A stretch of 64,000 nt of DNA from an uncultured bacterium (GTDB taxonomy: Bacteria; Bacillota_I; Bacilli_A; RFN20; CAG-826), in contig CASDWE010000003.1 in assembly GCA_949284685.1 (NCBI GenBank), positions 52,870-116,869 on the forward strand, given 5' to 3'. The position numbers and the translations under genes are program-made. Positions 21,941 to 31,937 of this stretch are shown here, piece after piece; the stretch's first letter is position 1, and each line of letters opens with the position of its first letter. The notes beneath the pieces were generated by a model. That model did no database searches, was not told the DNA's origin, and saw only the letters and a list, made by a program, of their open reading frames with translations.

Positions 21941-21942
21941 AA

Positions 21943-22680
21943 TCACATCCAAGATATTTTTCTTTCATTGCCATTTTTAATTCGTATGATGTTGTCTTTA
22001 TGACGAATAATTAACACTATCATAGCAAGTGTCATAACTAATGCAAATACCCATCCTGGACATAACGTATTACCATACATTGCAATCAAATCAAAATTAG
22101 GAATACAAGTTAACCAGCTTGCTATTGCAGCAACGATTGAACCTATAATGGAACTTAAAGAAATATATTTTTTAATTTTCAGTGTAACAAAAAAAGTAAT
22201 AATTGATGTTATTCCTACAAACCAAGATGAAAATAGTGCACTTGAAAAAGTTATCGCTGCAGCTTTCCCGCCTTGGAATTTTGCAAATATCGGATAACAA
22301 TGACCAATAACCGCACTTATAATAATCAGCCAATATATTGGCCATTTGATTAGATAATTATCAGTGTTTCCACTAATCATCATTTCAGCGGTTGGGATTA
22401 GCGGTATATTATCAAACATATTAACGTAAGTTAATATAGCCCAAACTGACCAAAGTGGAATCGCCAATTTTATGAAATCTAAAATATAAACGATGATTCC
22501 ATATTTGAATCCCCATAATCTAGATGCATTCGTGCCACCAGAATTTTTAGAGCCAAAATGTCGTGGATCTTGTTTGAATAACAATTTACCAACTATAACG
22601 CCGCTTGGAATTGAGCCAAACAAATAGCCAATTATTATGATGATAACCGAACAAATTATGTTTACTGCAATCTCATTCAT
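21943..22680 (-). CDS. plsY: Glycerol-3-phosphate acyltransferase PlsY
   Basis: YLFGSIP, GSKNSGGTN, GH.YPIF..FQGGK, RHKDNI.R; divergent from parE. Confidence 0.95.
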   Translation of the reverse strand: MNEIAVNIICSVIIIIIGYLFGSIPSGVIVGKLLFKQDPRHFGSKNSGGTNASRLWGFKYGIIVYILDFIKLAIPLWSVWAILTYVNMFDNIPLIPTAEMMISGNTDNYLIKWPIYWLIIISAVIGHCYPIFAKFQGGKAAAITFSSALFSSWFVGITSIITFFVTLKIKKYISLSSIIGSIVAAIASWLTCIPNFDLIAMYGNTLCPGWVFALVMTLAMIVLIIRHKDNIIRIKNGNERKISWM

Positions 22681-22767
22681 AGGTTTATAAAATTCTTTTT
22701 TATTTTACTAAAAATAAATATAAATTCAATTTATTTTTGTGTATAATATGAAAGGGTATACAAAATA

Positions 22768-24711
22768 ATGGCTGAAAATATCGATAAAATTAGTTATGCC
22801 GCTGATGACATTGAGTTATTGCGAGGTTTAGAAGCGGTTAGAAAAAGACCAGGCATGTATATAGGAAGTACAAACTCAAGTGGTCTTCATCATTTGGTTT
22901 GGGAAATTGTTGATAACTCGATTGATGAAGCGATGTCTGGCTTTGGCAATAAAATTAGTATAACTATCCACAAAGATGGTTCAATTACTATCAGCGATGA
23001 AGGGCGTGGAATTCCTACGGGAATTCAAAGTCAAACACATAAACCGGCAATTGAATTAGTATTTGGTGAACTTCACGCTGGAGGAAAGTTCAATAATTCT
23101 TCTTATAAAAGTGCAGCTGGTTTACATGGTGTTGGTGCTAGTGTTACCAATGCTTTAAGCAGTTGGCTTGATGTTATAGTCCATCGTGAAGGAAAAATTT
23201 TTCATATTCGTTATAAAGATGGTGGAAAAATTGATATTCCTCTTGAAGTAATTGGAACAACAAATAAGCATGGTACGACAGTAACATTCAAACCAGATCC
23301 AACTATATTTTCAACTGTGGAATTTAAATGGGACACAATATATAATCATTTACAAGAATCAGCGTTTTTATTAAGAAAAGTTCACTTTTATTTAAAAGAC
23401 GAACGTTCAAATTTAAATCAAGAATTTTATTATGAAGATGGTTTAAAAGAATACATTCTCACTGTTAATCAAAACAAAAGACCGCTGACAGATATTATTT
23501 ATTTTAATGGCAACGTCTCTGATATTGAAATTGAAATCGCTATGCAATATTGTTATAGCGATTATAACGAAACTATTTTTTCTTATGCTAATAATGTTAG
23601 AACAAGAGATGGTGGAACTCATGAAACAGGTTTTAAACTTGGCGTGACGCGTGCTGTTAACGAATTTATTGATAATAACAAATTAGCGAAAGGCAAAAAA
23701 TTAGAAGGTAGCGATATTAGAGAAGGATTAACTAGCGTTATTTCTTTAAAAATTCCTGAAAAAAAATTAGAATTTGAAGGACAAACAAAATCTAAGTTAG
23801 GTACTCCAGAAGCTACCAGTGCAGTTAGTAACTTTATTTATGAAAAATTTTCTTACTATCTAACTGAAAATAAAGAAATCGCATTAAATATTATTTCTAA
23901 ATGCATTGATTCGTATAACACTCGTCTTGCTGCTAGAAAAGCAAAAGAAGAAGCTCGAAGTAATAAAAAAGTTAAACAAGAAATTATTTTATCCGATAAA
24001 TTAACTCCTGCCCAAAGCAAAGACTATTTAAAAAATGAATTATTTATCGTCGAGGGTGATTCTGCCGGTGGTACTGCAAAAAAAGGAAGAGATAGAATTC
24101 ATCAGGCGATTCTTCCACTTCGTGGAAAACCTTTAAATACTGATTCCATTACCGTAGAAAAATTATTACAAAATGAGGAATTTGCAACAATTATCAATAC
24201 CATAGGTGCGGGTTTTGGACAATCTTTTGATATTGATGATATTAAATACGGAAAAATTATTATCATGACTGATGCTGATACTGATGGTGCACATATTCAA
24301 ACCTTGCTTTTAACATTTTTTTATAATTATATGCGAAGTTTAATTACTACTGGTCATGTTTATGTTGCTGCACCTCCTTTGTATCGAGTCTATAAAGAAG
24401 AAAAAAATCATAAAGTAAACGAAAAATATGCTTGGAATGATCAAGATTTGGAAAAAGCTAAAAAAGCAATAGGACCAGGATATAAAATTAACCGATATAA
24501 AGGTCTTGGCGAAATGAATGAAGTTCAATTAAAAAAGACGACGATGGATCCTGCTTCTCGTTTATTAATTCAAGTACGAATCGATGATCCTTTATTTGTT
24601 GAAAAACAAGTTGGCATTTTAATGGGAAAAGACACTTCCAATCGTCGACGCTGGGTAGAAGAAAACGTTGATTTTAATAAAGTTGATACATTTATTAATG
24701 AGGTCAAATAA
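22768..24711 (+). CDS. parE: DNA topoisomerase IV subunit B
   Basis: EAVRKRPGMYIGS, VEGDSAGG, PLRGK, DADTDG; plsY-parE-parC synteny near terminus. Confidence 0.9.
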   Translation: MAENIDKISYAADDIELLRGLEAVRKRPGMYIGSTNSSGLHHLVWEIVDNSIDEAMSGFGNKISITIHKDGSITISDEGRGIPTGIQSQTHKPAIELVFGELHAGGKFNNSSYKSAAGLHGVGASVTNALSSWLDVIVHREGKIFHIRYKDGGKIDIPLEVIGTTNKHGTTVTFKPDPTIFSTVEFKWDTIYNHLQESAFLLRKVHFYLKDERSNLNQEFYYEDGLKEYILTVNQNKRPLTDIIYFNGNVSDIEIEIAMQYCYSDYNETIFSYANNVRTRDGGTHETGFKLGVTRAVNEFIDNNKLAKGKKLEGSDIREGLTSVISLKIPEKKLEFEGQTKSKLGTPEATSAVSNFIYEKFSYYLTENKEIALNIISKCIDSYNTRLAARKAKEEARSNKKVKQEIILSDKLTPAQSKDYLKNELFIVEGDSAGGTAKKGRDRIHQAILPLRGKPLNTDSITVEKLLQNEEFATIINTIGAGFGQSFDIDDIKYGKIIIMTDADTDGAHIQTLLLTFFYNYMRSLITTGHVYVAAPPLYRVYKEEKNHKVNEKYAWNDQDLEKAKKAIGPGYKINRYKGLGEMNEVQLKKTTMDPASRLLIQVRIDDPLFVEKQVGILMGKDTSNRRRWVEENVDFNKVDTFINEVK

Positions 24712-27318
24712 ATGGCTAAGAAGACAAAAAAAGAAGAAGTAGAAATCAAAGAAAATATATCGAGTGAACCATTAGAAGAGGTTATGGCTGATCGTTATGC
24801 CACATACGCTAAATATGTCATACAAGATCGTGCTATTCCAGATGTTAGAGATGGTTTAAAACCAGTTCAAAGACGTATTTTGTTTGCTATGTATAATAAT
24901 GGCAATACTTTTAATAGACCAACTAGAAAATGTGCTCATAGCGTTGGCGAAGTTATGGGTAAATACCATCCACATGGTGATACATCAATTTATGAAGCTC
25001 TTGCCCGTATGAGTCAAGATTGGAAAGTGCGAGCTCCTTTAATAGATTTTCAAGGAAATAATGGTAGTATCGATGGCGATTCTCCAGCCGCGTATCGTTA
25101 TACCGAAGCAAGACTAAGTCAACTTGCTAATGAAATGTTAAAAGATATTGATAAAAATACTGTTGATATGCAATTAACATTTGATGATAGTGAATTTGAG
25201 CCTACTGTTTTACCTGCCCGTTTTCCAAATTTATATGTTAATGGCAGTGAAGGTATTGCTGTTGCTTTAGCAACAGAAATTCCAACACACAATTTGCGTG
25301 AAGTTATTAATGCGACAATTTATCGTATTAATCATCCAAATTGTTCATTAGATGATTTATTAAATATAATTCCTGGACCAGATTTTCCTACAGGTGGAAT
25401 TATATACAATAGTGATGGGCTTAGATCTATTTATGAAAATGGACGTGGAAGAATAGAAATAGCTGCTCGTTATCAAATTGTCGATAATGGTTCTATTAAA
25501 CAAATAGTTATTAATGAAGTTCCTTATAAAGTAGTTAAAAAGAATATCGTTTATGAAATTGATAAAATTCGCCACTCCAAATCAATAGATGGAATTATTG
25601 AAGTGCGAGATGAAAGCGATTTTAATGGTATACGAATTGTTGTTGATGTTAGAAAAAATGCACCAGTCGATTTAATTGTTTCGTATTTGTTAAACAAAAC
25701 TTCCATGAAAGTTTCATATAGTGCAAATATCGTAGCAATTGTTGATGGCCGTCCAAAAACACTATCATTAACTGATTATCTTGATGCTTACATTTCTCAT
25801 CAAGTAGATGTTTTAACCCGCTTATTGAAATTTGAATTAGATAAATTATCTGCTCGATTACACATAGTTGAAGGTTTGATTTTAGCAGCTTTAAATATTA
25901 ATGATGTTGTTGAAATAATTCGCCATAGTAAAGATAAACAAGACAGTAAATTAAATATTATTGCCAAATATGATTTATCTAACGAACAGGCTGAAGCTAT
26001 CGTTATGATGCCTCTATATAAGTTAAGTCACACTGATATTGAGACTTTACAAAACGAAAAGGAACAATTAATTAATGATATAAATTATCACAAAGAAACT
26101 TTAGCGGATCCTAAAAAAATTAACAAGGCTATTATCAACGATTTAAATCAAATTAGCAAAACATATGGTGACGCTAGAAGAACAAGTTTTGAAGACAAAG
26201 TTGAACAAGGTCCAATCGATAAGAGATTTTTAATTAGTAAAGAAAAAATATATTTTTCTATTACAAAGGATGGATATTTTAAACGTTCAAGTCAAAAATC
26301 GTATTTATCTTCGTTAGAAAAAAATCCTTATCCTGAAGTCAAACAAGGTGATGCACTAATTGCGATTGATTGTGCTTACACAACCGATTTCCTTCTTTGT
26401 TTTACGAATTTAGGAAATTATATGTACGTACCTATTTTTGAAATCGAAGATAATAAATGGAAAGATAAAGGTGTTCATATTAATTCACTTATAACTATGA
26501 ATGGAAATGAAAAAATTGTCTCTGTAATAGTCGCAGATAAATTAAGAGATGATTTATTTACAATATTATTAACTAAAAATGGTCAAATTAAGCGTACACC
26601 AACTAATTTTTATCAAACAAATGTCAGAGCAAGACCAATCAAATGTATTAAGTTAGCAAATGGTGATGAACTTGTTGATGTTAAATTATCTACTGGAAAT
26701 GCAAATATTATGGTATTTTCTAGTCTTGGATATTATGCAATGTTTAATGAAAACGAATTGCTACCATTATCTTTAAAAGCTTCTGGTGCTAAAGCAATGT
26801 CATTAAAAGGTGGACAATCCGCGGTTGATTTGGTTATTTCTCAATTGGAAGAAAAAACCAAAATAGTTTTAATTACAGATAAATCATGCTTAAGAATTTT
26901 TGATACTAGCCGTGGGGTAGTTTCAAATCGTTTAAGCAAGAATCAAATTGTTTTTAAATCATTTAAAAGCGACATTCATCATTTAGTCTACGCTCATAAA
27001 GTTATTTTAGATGATAAAGACAATATGAATGTGTTACTATATGATAACAATTACGATTCGAAAGAACTCACAATTGATGATTTCCATTTGACTGATATTG
27101 AAAAATATGCCAAGAAAAACATTGATTTAATGTTAGTAAAAGAAAGAATTAGACATGTTTTTGCTAAAGGATGCGATTACATTAATGATGAAATCAAATC
27201 CCAACCAATCATTCTTAAAAAAGACATTTCAAATTTAGAAAAAGAAGAAATGCAAGAAAATAATGATGAAAGCAAATCCAATGTTGAACAAATTACTTTA
27301 TTTGATGATTTTGAATAA
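24712..27318 (+). CDS. parC: DNA topoisomerase IV subunit A
   Basis: DVRDGLKPVQRR, HPHGD, catalytic RYTEARL. Confidence 0.9.
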   Translation: MAKKTKKEEVEIKENISSEPLEEVMADRYATYAKYVIQDRAIPDVRDGLKPVQRRILFAMYNNGNTFNRPTRKCAHSVGEVMGKYHPHGDTSIYEALARMSQDWKVRAPLIDFQGNNGSIDGDSPAAYRYTEARLSQLANEMLKDIDKNTVDMQLTFDDSEFEPTVLPARFPNLYVNGSEGIAVALATEIPTHNLREVINATIYRINHPNCSLDDLLNIIPGPDFPTGGIIYNSDGLRSIYENGRGRIEIAARYQIVDNGSIKQIVINEVPYKVVKKNIVYEIDKIRHSKSIDGIIEVRDESDFNGIRIVVDVRKNAPVDLIVSYLLNKTSMKVSYSANIVAIVDGRPKTLSLTDYLDAYISHQVDVLTRLLKFELDKLSARLHIVEGLILAALNINDVVEIIRHSKDKQDSKLNIIAKYDLSNEQAEAIVMMPLYKLSHTDIETLQNEKEQLINDINYHKETLADPKKINKAIINDLNQISKTYGDARRTSFEDKVEQGPIDKRFLISKEKIYFSITKDGYFKRSSQKSYLSSLEKNPYPEVKQGDALIAIDCAYTTDFLLCFTNLGNYMYVPIFEIEDNKWKDKGVHINSLITMNGNEKIVSVIVADKLRDDLFTILLTKNGQIKRTPTNFYQTNVRARPIKCIKLANGDELVDVKLSTGNANIMVFSSLGYYAMFNENELLPLSLKASGAKAMSLKGGQSAVDLVISQLEEKTKIVLITDKSCLRIFDTSRGVVSNRLSKNQIVFKSFKSDIHHLVYAHKVILDDKDNMNVLLYDNNYDSKELTIDDFHLTDIEKYAKKNIDLMLVKERIRHVFAKGCDYINDEIKSQPIILKKDISNLEKEEMQENNDESKSNVEQITLFDDFE

Positions 27319-27323
27319 ATATT

Positions 27324-27842
27324 ATGAATATTAATAAATACATTCCAACTTATTATCACGCATCAATATTTGAATTAAATCCAAATGATATAATCAAAAA
27401 AGGATATAAAATTGTGTTTTCTGACTTAGATAACACCTTAGATTGCTATATTGATAAAATTCCTTCTAAAATAGTTTTTGATAAAGTTAAAGAGTTTAAA
27501 GAAGCCGGCATCAAATTTATTATAATTAGCAACAATTATAAAAGAAGGGTAAAACCATACGCTGATAAATTAGGTTTACAATGCGTATGGTTATTATTAA
27601 AACCATTAAAGTTTCGTCTTAACCATTTTATTAAGAAAAATAATATCAATAAGAAAGAAGTATTGATGATTGGGGACCAACTATTTACTGATATCGCGTT
27701 GGCTAATAAGTTAGGTATCGATAGCATATTAGTGAAACCTTTAACTGATAAAGATCAAAAATTTACTTCTTTTAGAAGAAAAAAAGAAAAATTATACTTT
27801 AAAAAAATTAAAAAAGAAAATAAACTCAAATTGTGGAGGTAA
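27324..27842 (+). CDS. yqeG: YqeG family HAD IIIA phosphatase
   Basis: DLDNTL, SNN, IGDQLFTD. Confidence 0.92.
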   Translation: MNINKYIPTYYHASIFELNPNDIIKKGYKIVFSDLDNTLDCYIDKIPSKIVFDKVKEFKEAGIKFIIISNNYKRRVKPYADKLGLQCVWLLLKPLKFRLNHFIKKNNINKKEVLMIGDQLFTDIALANKLGIDSILVKPLTDKDQKFTSFRRKKEKLYFKKIKKENKLKLWR

Positions 27843-27851
27843 TAAAATAAT

Positions 27852-28988
27852 ATGGGAAAATTATCGCGCGTCTTACGCTGCAACAATTGTGGTGAAATAT
27901 TACAAAGTAATGATAAAACAAAATCAGGCTACATACCAAAACTAGATTTTACCAATGAAACTGATCGAGTTTTATATTGCGAATCTTGTTACCAAAAAAA
28001 GATGGTTAATAGGGGATTTCTAGCAAAAGAAATCGATGATGATTCATACACAATTTTAAAAAAAGCCGCTATTGAGCATTGCTTAATTGTTTATGTTATC
28101 GATACGTTTGCTTTTAATGGAATAATTAAGTCACAACTTATAGAATTAATCAAAGATTTACCAATTTTAATTGTCGCAAATAAAAAAGACTTGTTTTTAG
28201 AAAAAGATAGTAATAATACATTAAAATCGTTTATTTATGATCGTTTTAAAGAATTAAATATCGTTCCAAAAGAAATTATTTTAGTGAGTGCAAATAAAAA
28301 TTATCAAATCGATCTTGTTAAGACAAAAATAGAAGAATATCGAAATCAAAAAGATGTTTATTTTATTGGTGAAAGAGCAAGTGGAAAAACCGCAATCATC
28401 AATTGTTTATTAAAAAACTACAAAAATAATACAACACGAAATATTACCTCATTTTTATATCCAAACACTAATAGTAAACTATTAACAATACCATTAGATG
28501 AAAACACTAATTTATATGAATTACCAGGATTTAACCTTGATGATTCTTGCTTAGGACTAGTTGAAAAAAATATCGCAAATAAATATTTAAGTTTAAAAAC
28601 GCCTGTAAAAGCAAAGAAAATTAAACTTTTAGAAGGCCAGTGCTTAGTTTTTGGCGGGCTTGCTATGATAGGATTGCATCAAGGAAAATCTTTAGAATTT
28701 AAAGCATATTTTAATGATAAAATCGAAACAAAAAAGATGGGATTAGATAAAGAAAGAGTCTTTTTTAAGACAAATTTATTAAAAAAAGATTTAAGACCTG
28801 TCAGCGATTTATTAATGGATTTTGATAATTATGATTTATTCCAATATAAGATGGAAAATGATAATAAATTGCACGAAATAGCAATAAAAGGTTTAGGATT
28901 TATTACATTTATAGCGAAAGGTCAAATCATATATATTATGGCTCCAAAAGGTGTTGGAATTAAGGAAGGAACTCCTAGAGTAATATAA
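27852..28988 (+). CDS. yqeH: YqeH-like circularly permuted GTPase (degenerate motifs)
   Basis: CxxCG..CxxC zinc finger, NKKD, GERASGKT; yqeG-yqeH-yhbY-nadD synteny. Confidence 0.82.
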   Translation: MGKLSRVLRCNNCGEILQSNDKTKSGYIPKLDFTNETDRVLYCESCYQKKMVNRGFLAKEIDDDSYTILKKAAIEHCLIVYVIDTFAFNGIIKSQLIELIKDLPILIVANKKDLFLEKDSNNTLKSFIYDRFKELNIVPKEIILVSANKNYQIDLVKTKIEEYRNQKDVYFIGERASGKTAIINCLLKNYKNNTTRNITSFLYPNTNSKLLTIPLDENTNLYELPGFNLDDSCLGLVEKNIANKYLSLKTPVKAKKIKLLEGQCLVFGGLAMIGLHQGKSLEFKAYFNDKIETKKMGLDKERVFFKTNLLKKDLRPVSDLLMDFDNYDLFQYKMENDNKLHEIAIKGLGFITFIAKGQIIYIMAPKGVGIKEGTPRVI

Positions 28989-28993
28989 ATATT

Positions 28994-29284
28994 ATGTTAA
29001 CCAATGATAATAAAAGACATTTAAAATCATTATCCAATCAAATAAAATTACGATATCAAATTGGCAAAAACGGATTAACAAAAACTAGTTTTGATTTATT
29101 TGATAAAGCTTTAACCGCACACGAATTAATTAAAATAGATGTTTTAAAATCATATTCTAATCCAATTAATGAATTAGCGTTTGATTTATCTAGTAAATTA
29201 AACGCTGATATTGTCAGTATTGTCGGGCGCGTTATTTGTCTTTATCGTTATTCTGAAAAAAATGGAGTAAAACATATTTTATGA
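28994..29284 (+). CDS. yhbY: YhbY/CRM RNA-binding protein
   Basis: QIGKNG, HELIKI, IVGRV..LYR. Confidence 0.92.
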   Translation: MLTNDNKRHLKSLSNQIKLRYQIGKNGLTKTSFDLFDKALTAHELIKIDVLKSYSNPINELAFDLSSKLNADIVSIVGRVICLYRYSEKNGVKHIL

Positions 29285-30384
29285 TAAAAAATATCGTCCT
29301 ATTTGGTGGATCTTTTGACCCAATTCATAACGGACATATTAACATGGCTATAAAAGCTCAACAGTTTTTAGGTGGAATAAATAATTGTAAAGTAATTTTT
29401 TTGCCAAATCGTGTCAGTGTTTGGAAAGAAGAAAGCGTCGATGCAAATGACAAGCTAAACATGATTAAATTAGCAATAAAAGATTATGTTAACCTGGATG
29501 TTGATGATTTCGAATTAAATTCACAAACAGAAAATTATACATATTTATCAATTCAACACTTTATGAATATTTATAAAAATGAAAAAATTAAACTTTATTT
29601 TTTAATTGGAAGCGATCAGGTTGAATTGTTTCACTTATGGAAAAATGCTAAAGAAATATCAAAGCTTGTACAACTTATATATTATCCACGTCCTAATTTT
29701 AAATTTACAAACGATAATATTAATAAATTTAAAATAATCAAAGTAAGTGGTGATGAATTAGTGGATGTTTCAAGCAATTCCATTCGCGATTTAAATAATT
29801 TAGACATCCCAGATGTGGTTTTAAATTATATAAATAATCATGATTTATATTTTTTAAGAAAAATTGCTAAATATATCGATAACAAAAGATATTTGCATAG
29901 CAAGTCAGTTGCAATGCTTGCAAAACAAATAGCGGTTTCAAATAATATTGAAAGGCCATGGCGATATTATATAGCTGGCATTTTGCATGATGTTGGAAAA
30001 AATGTTTCAGAAAGTCAACAAAAGAAAATCGAAAACGAATATAAAGAATATATGCCAATGTCATATAAACTATATCATCAATTCAATAGTGCTTATATCG
30101 CACATGACGATTTTAAAATAACCGATGAAGATATTTTATTTGCCATAAGATATCATGCGACAGGGAATAAGAATATGTCGTTATTAGCAATGACAGTTTA
30201 CGCTGCGGATAAAATCGATCCATTAAGAGGATATGATTCTAGTGATATGATTAATAAAATGAAATCAAATATCATTGAAGGATTCAAATACGTATTAGGG
30301 CAAAATAAAGAATATTTAATGAGTAAAAATTCTAATATTGATAACATATTAACCAAACAATGTTTTGAATGTTATCTAAATTGA
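29281..30384 (+). CDS. nadD: Nicotinate-nucleotide adenylyltransferase fused to YqeK-like HD domain
   Basis: GGSFDPIHNGH, VSSNSIR; C-terminal RYLHS..LHDVGK..YHATG..ADKI. Confidence 0.92.
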   Translation: MIKNIVLFGGSFDPIHNGHINMAIKAQQFLGGINNCKVIFLPNRVSVWKEESVDANDKLNMIKLAIKDYVNLDVDDFELNSQTENYTYLSIQHFMNIYKNEKIKLYFLIGSDQVELFHLWKNAKEISKLVQLIYYPRPNFKFTNDNINKFKIIKVSGDELVDVSSNSIRDLNNLDIPDVVLNYINNHDLYFLRKIAKYIDNKRYLHSKSVAMLAKQIAVSNNIERPWRYYIAGILHDVGKNVSESQQKKIENEYKEYMPMSYKLYHQFNSAYIAHDDFKITDEDILFAIRYHATGNKNMSLLAMTVYAADKIDPLRGYDSSDMINKMKSNIIEGFKYVLGQNKEYLMSKNSNIDNILTKQCFECYLN

Positions 30385-30404
30385 TTTTTTTAATTTATAT
30401 AACA

Positions 30405-30432
30405 ACTTCGCATAATGACTATTATGTAAACC
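30405..30432 (+). other. dif chromosome dimer resolution site
   Basis: ACTTCGCATAA-TGACTA-TTATGTAAACC, 11-6-11 layout resembling Firmicutes dif; lies exactly where gene orientation switches. Confidence 0.92.
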
Positions 30433-30526
30433 AAATATTATATTATTTAGGCTAGAACCACATTAATTATGTATTAATAATAATTTAAATTACATACATT
30501 TAAAAGATTTCCACATTTTAATTTTA

Positions 30527-30553
30527 ACTAAATAACTACTAAATAACTACTAA
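30527..30553 (+). repeat. Triple ACTAA array with 11-bp period (site B)
   Basis: ACTAAataact ACTAAataact ACTAA. Confidence 0.8.
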
Positions 30554-31096
30554 TTACAACGCTCCATTTATGATTAAAAAATAGTAATTGCGTAAAATTA
30601 AATCGACTTTTTCTTTAGATAAATAAAGACGATCGTTTTCATGCTGCGGACCATTTATTACTTGTTTTGTATAAAGTCTTAATTTATCAATCGTTCTGAT
30701 TTGATTTATGACCGCTAAAGTTTGCTGACCATCTTTTAATCCTTTGACTTCTCCGATATTTATGTCACTTCTTGGATGCGGTCCAAAACGATTTGTTTTT
30801 AAAGGACATACTATTACTAATGGATTATGTATACCAGAATCTGCTAATACAACTCCGTAGTGACGATTTGAAAATTCTGCATTAACATTTATTCCCCAAT
30901 CAAATTCATAAATTTCACCTTTCTTTAAATTATACTTAACACTATGATTTAACGAATAAATAGAATATTCTAATTGCCTTTTTATCCATTCTACTTGTCC
31001 TAGAAGCTTTTTAAATGCCTCGTTTTTTTCTTGTGTTAAATTTGTTGTTTGAAAATTCATTTCTTTTTTAAAATTTAATTCATTTTGTTCAATCAT
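30554..31096 (-). CDS. PemK/MazF-like family protein, no adjacent antitoxin
   Basis: KGEIYEFDWGINVNAEFSNRHYGVVL, VIVCPL, NQIRTIDKLRL. Confidence 0.78.
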   Translation of the reverse strand: MIEQNELNFKKEMNFQTTNLTQEKNEAFKKLLGQVEWIKRQLEYSIYSLNHSVKYNLKKGEIYEFDWGINVNAEFSNRHYGVVLADSGIHNPLVIVCPLKTNRFGPHPRSDINIGEVKGLKDGQQTLAVINQIRTIDKLRLYTKQVINGPQHENDRLYLSKEKVDLILRNYYFLIINGAL

Positions 31097-31107
31097 AAAA
31101 AACCTCC

Positions 31108-31143
31108 TAATTACTAATAGGAGGAAATTTTTAATATTGCTAA
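31108..31143 (-). promoter_or_regulatory. Shared motif TTAG-N19-CTATTAGTAATTA, copy 2
   Basis: Minus strand reads aaaaaaaTTAGcaatattaaaaatttcctcCTATTAGTAATTAggagg before the PemK-like ATG. Confidence 0.6.
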
Positions 31144-31148
31144 TTTTT

Positions 31149-31937
31149 TTAAAAAGAATATTTATTTTTTAAATATCGTTTAAGAAAATACATGATTATG
31201 TCAACCAAACCTATAATAATAATCGCATGTAAAGAATATGCCATGATTTGATCAACAAAAGCAAAATTATATGCTTGTCTAATTAATATTCCTAATCCAT
31301 GTATCGAATTGTTTCCAATTAAAACTTCCGCCATAAGGCTAACTTTCATACCTAATCCTAATGTTTGAAATGATGCTAAAAGTAAATATGGTATCAAATT
31401 TGGTATTTTTATATTTAAAATAGCTTTAATATTATGTAAACCAGCATCTACTTTTATTGAATTGACTATATTTTTATCTAAACTTTCATATCCATTGATT
31501 ACAGCTTCATAAATTATTGGAAACATAACCAAAAAAACGATTAAAAATAAAGACATAAATGGTTTAAATAAAACAATTAAAATTAAAATTACCGCCGCGG
31601 TTGGAACGGTTTTTAAAATTAAAACTAATGGTTTTAAAATTAAACGTATAATATGAAATTCACCCGCTAATATACCAAATATAAATCCAATAGCAAAACT
31701 TAATAAAAAAGATAGAATGAGTCTAAGAAAAGTCCATCCTATCGCTATATATAATTCACTTGTTGCAAAATAATTAAAATATAAATTTAAAACTTCAGTT
31801 GGCGTTGGAAATAAAGAATTATTAATAGTTATTGCTAAAATATACCAAATCAGAAAAATAGCAACTATGCCAATTACGATATATAATACATTTAAAACTT
31901 TTTTTAATAATTCTTTTTCCCTAGCGTTTAATTTCAT
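31149..31937 (-). CDS. ABC transporter permease (SsuC/TauC-like)
   Basis: LFPTP, multiple TM helices, AEV..G..GLG..I. Confidence 0.85.
   Translation of the reverse strand: MKLNAREKELLKKVLNVLYIVIGIVAIFLIWYILAITINNSLFPTPTEVLNLYFNYFATSELYIAIGWTFLRLILSFLLSFAIGFIFGILAGEFHIIRLILKPLVLILKTVPTAAVILILIVLFKPFMSLFLIVFLVMFPIIYEAVINGYESLDKNIVNSIKVDAGLHNIKAILNIKIPNLIPYLLLASFQTLGLGMKVSLMAEVLIGNNSIHGLGILIRQAYNFAFVDQIMAYSLHAIIIIGLVDIIMYFLKRYLKNKYSF

Noticed and set aside
24960-25000. ParC QRDR has Thr (HPHGDTS) at the Ser80-equivalent position
   Set aside because: Thr occurs naturally at this position in many taxa; not evidence of acquired quinolone resistance
30527-30553. CRISPR array or VNTR
   Set aside because: Only three 11-bp units, no spacers, no cas genes
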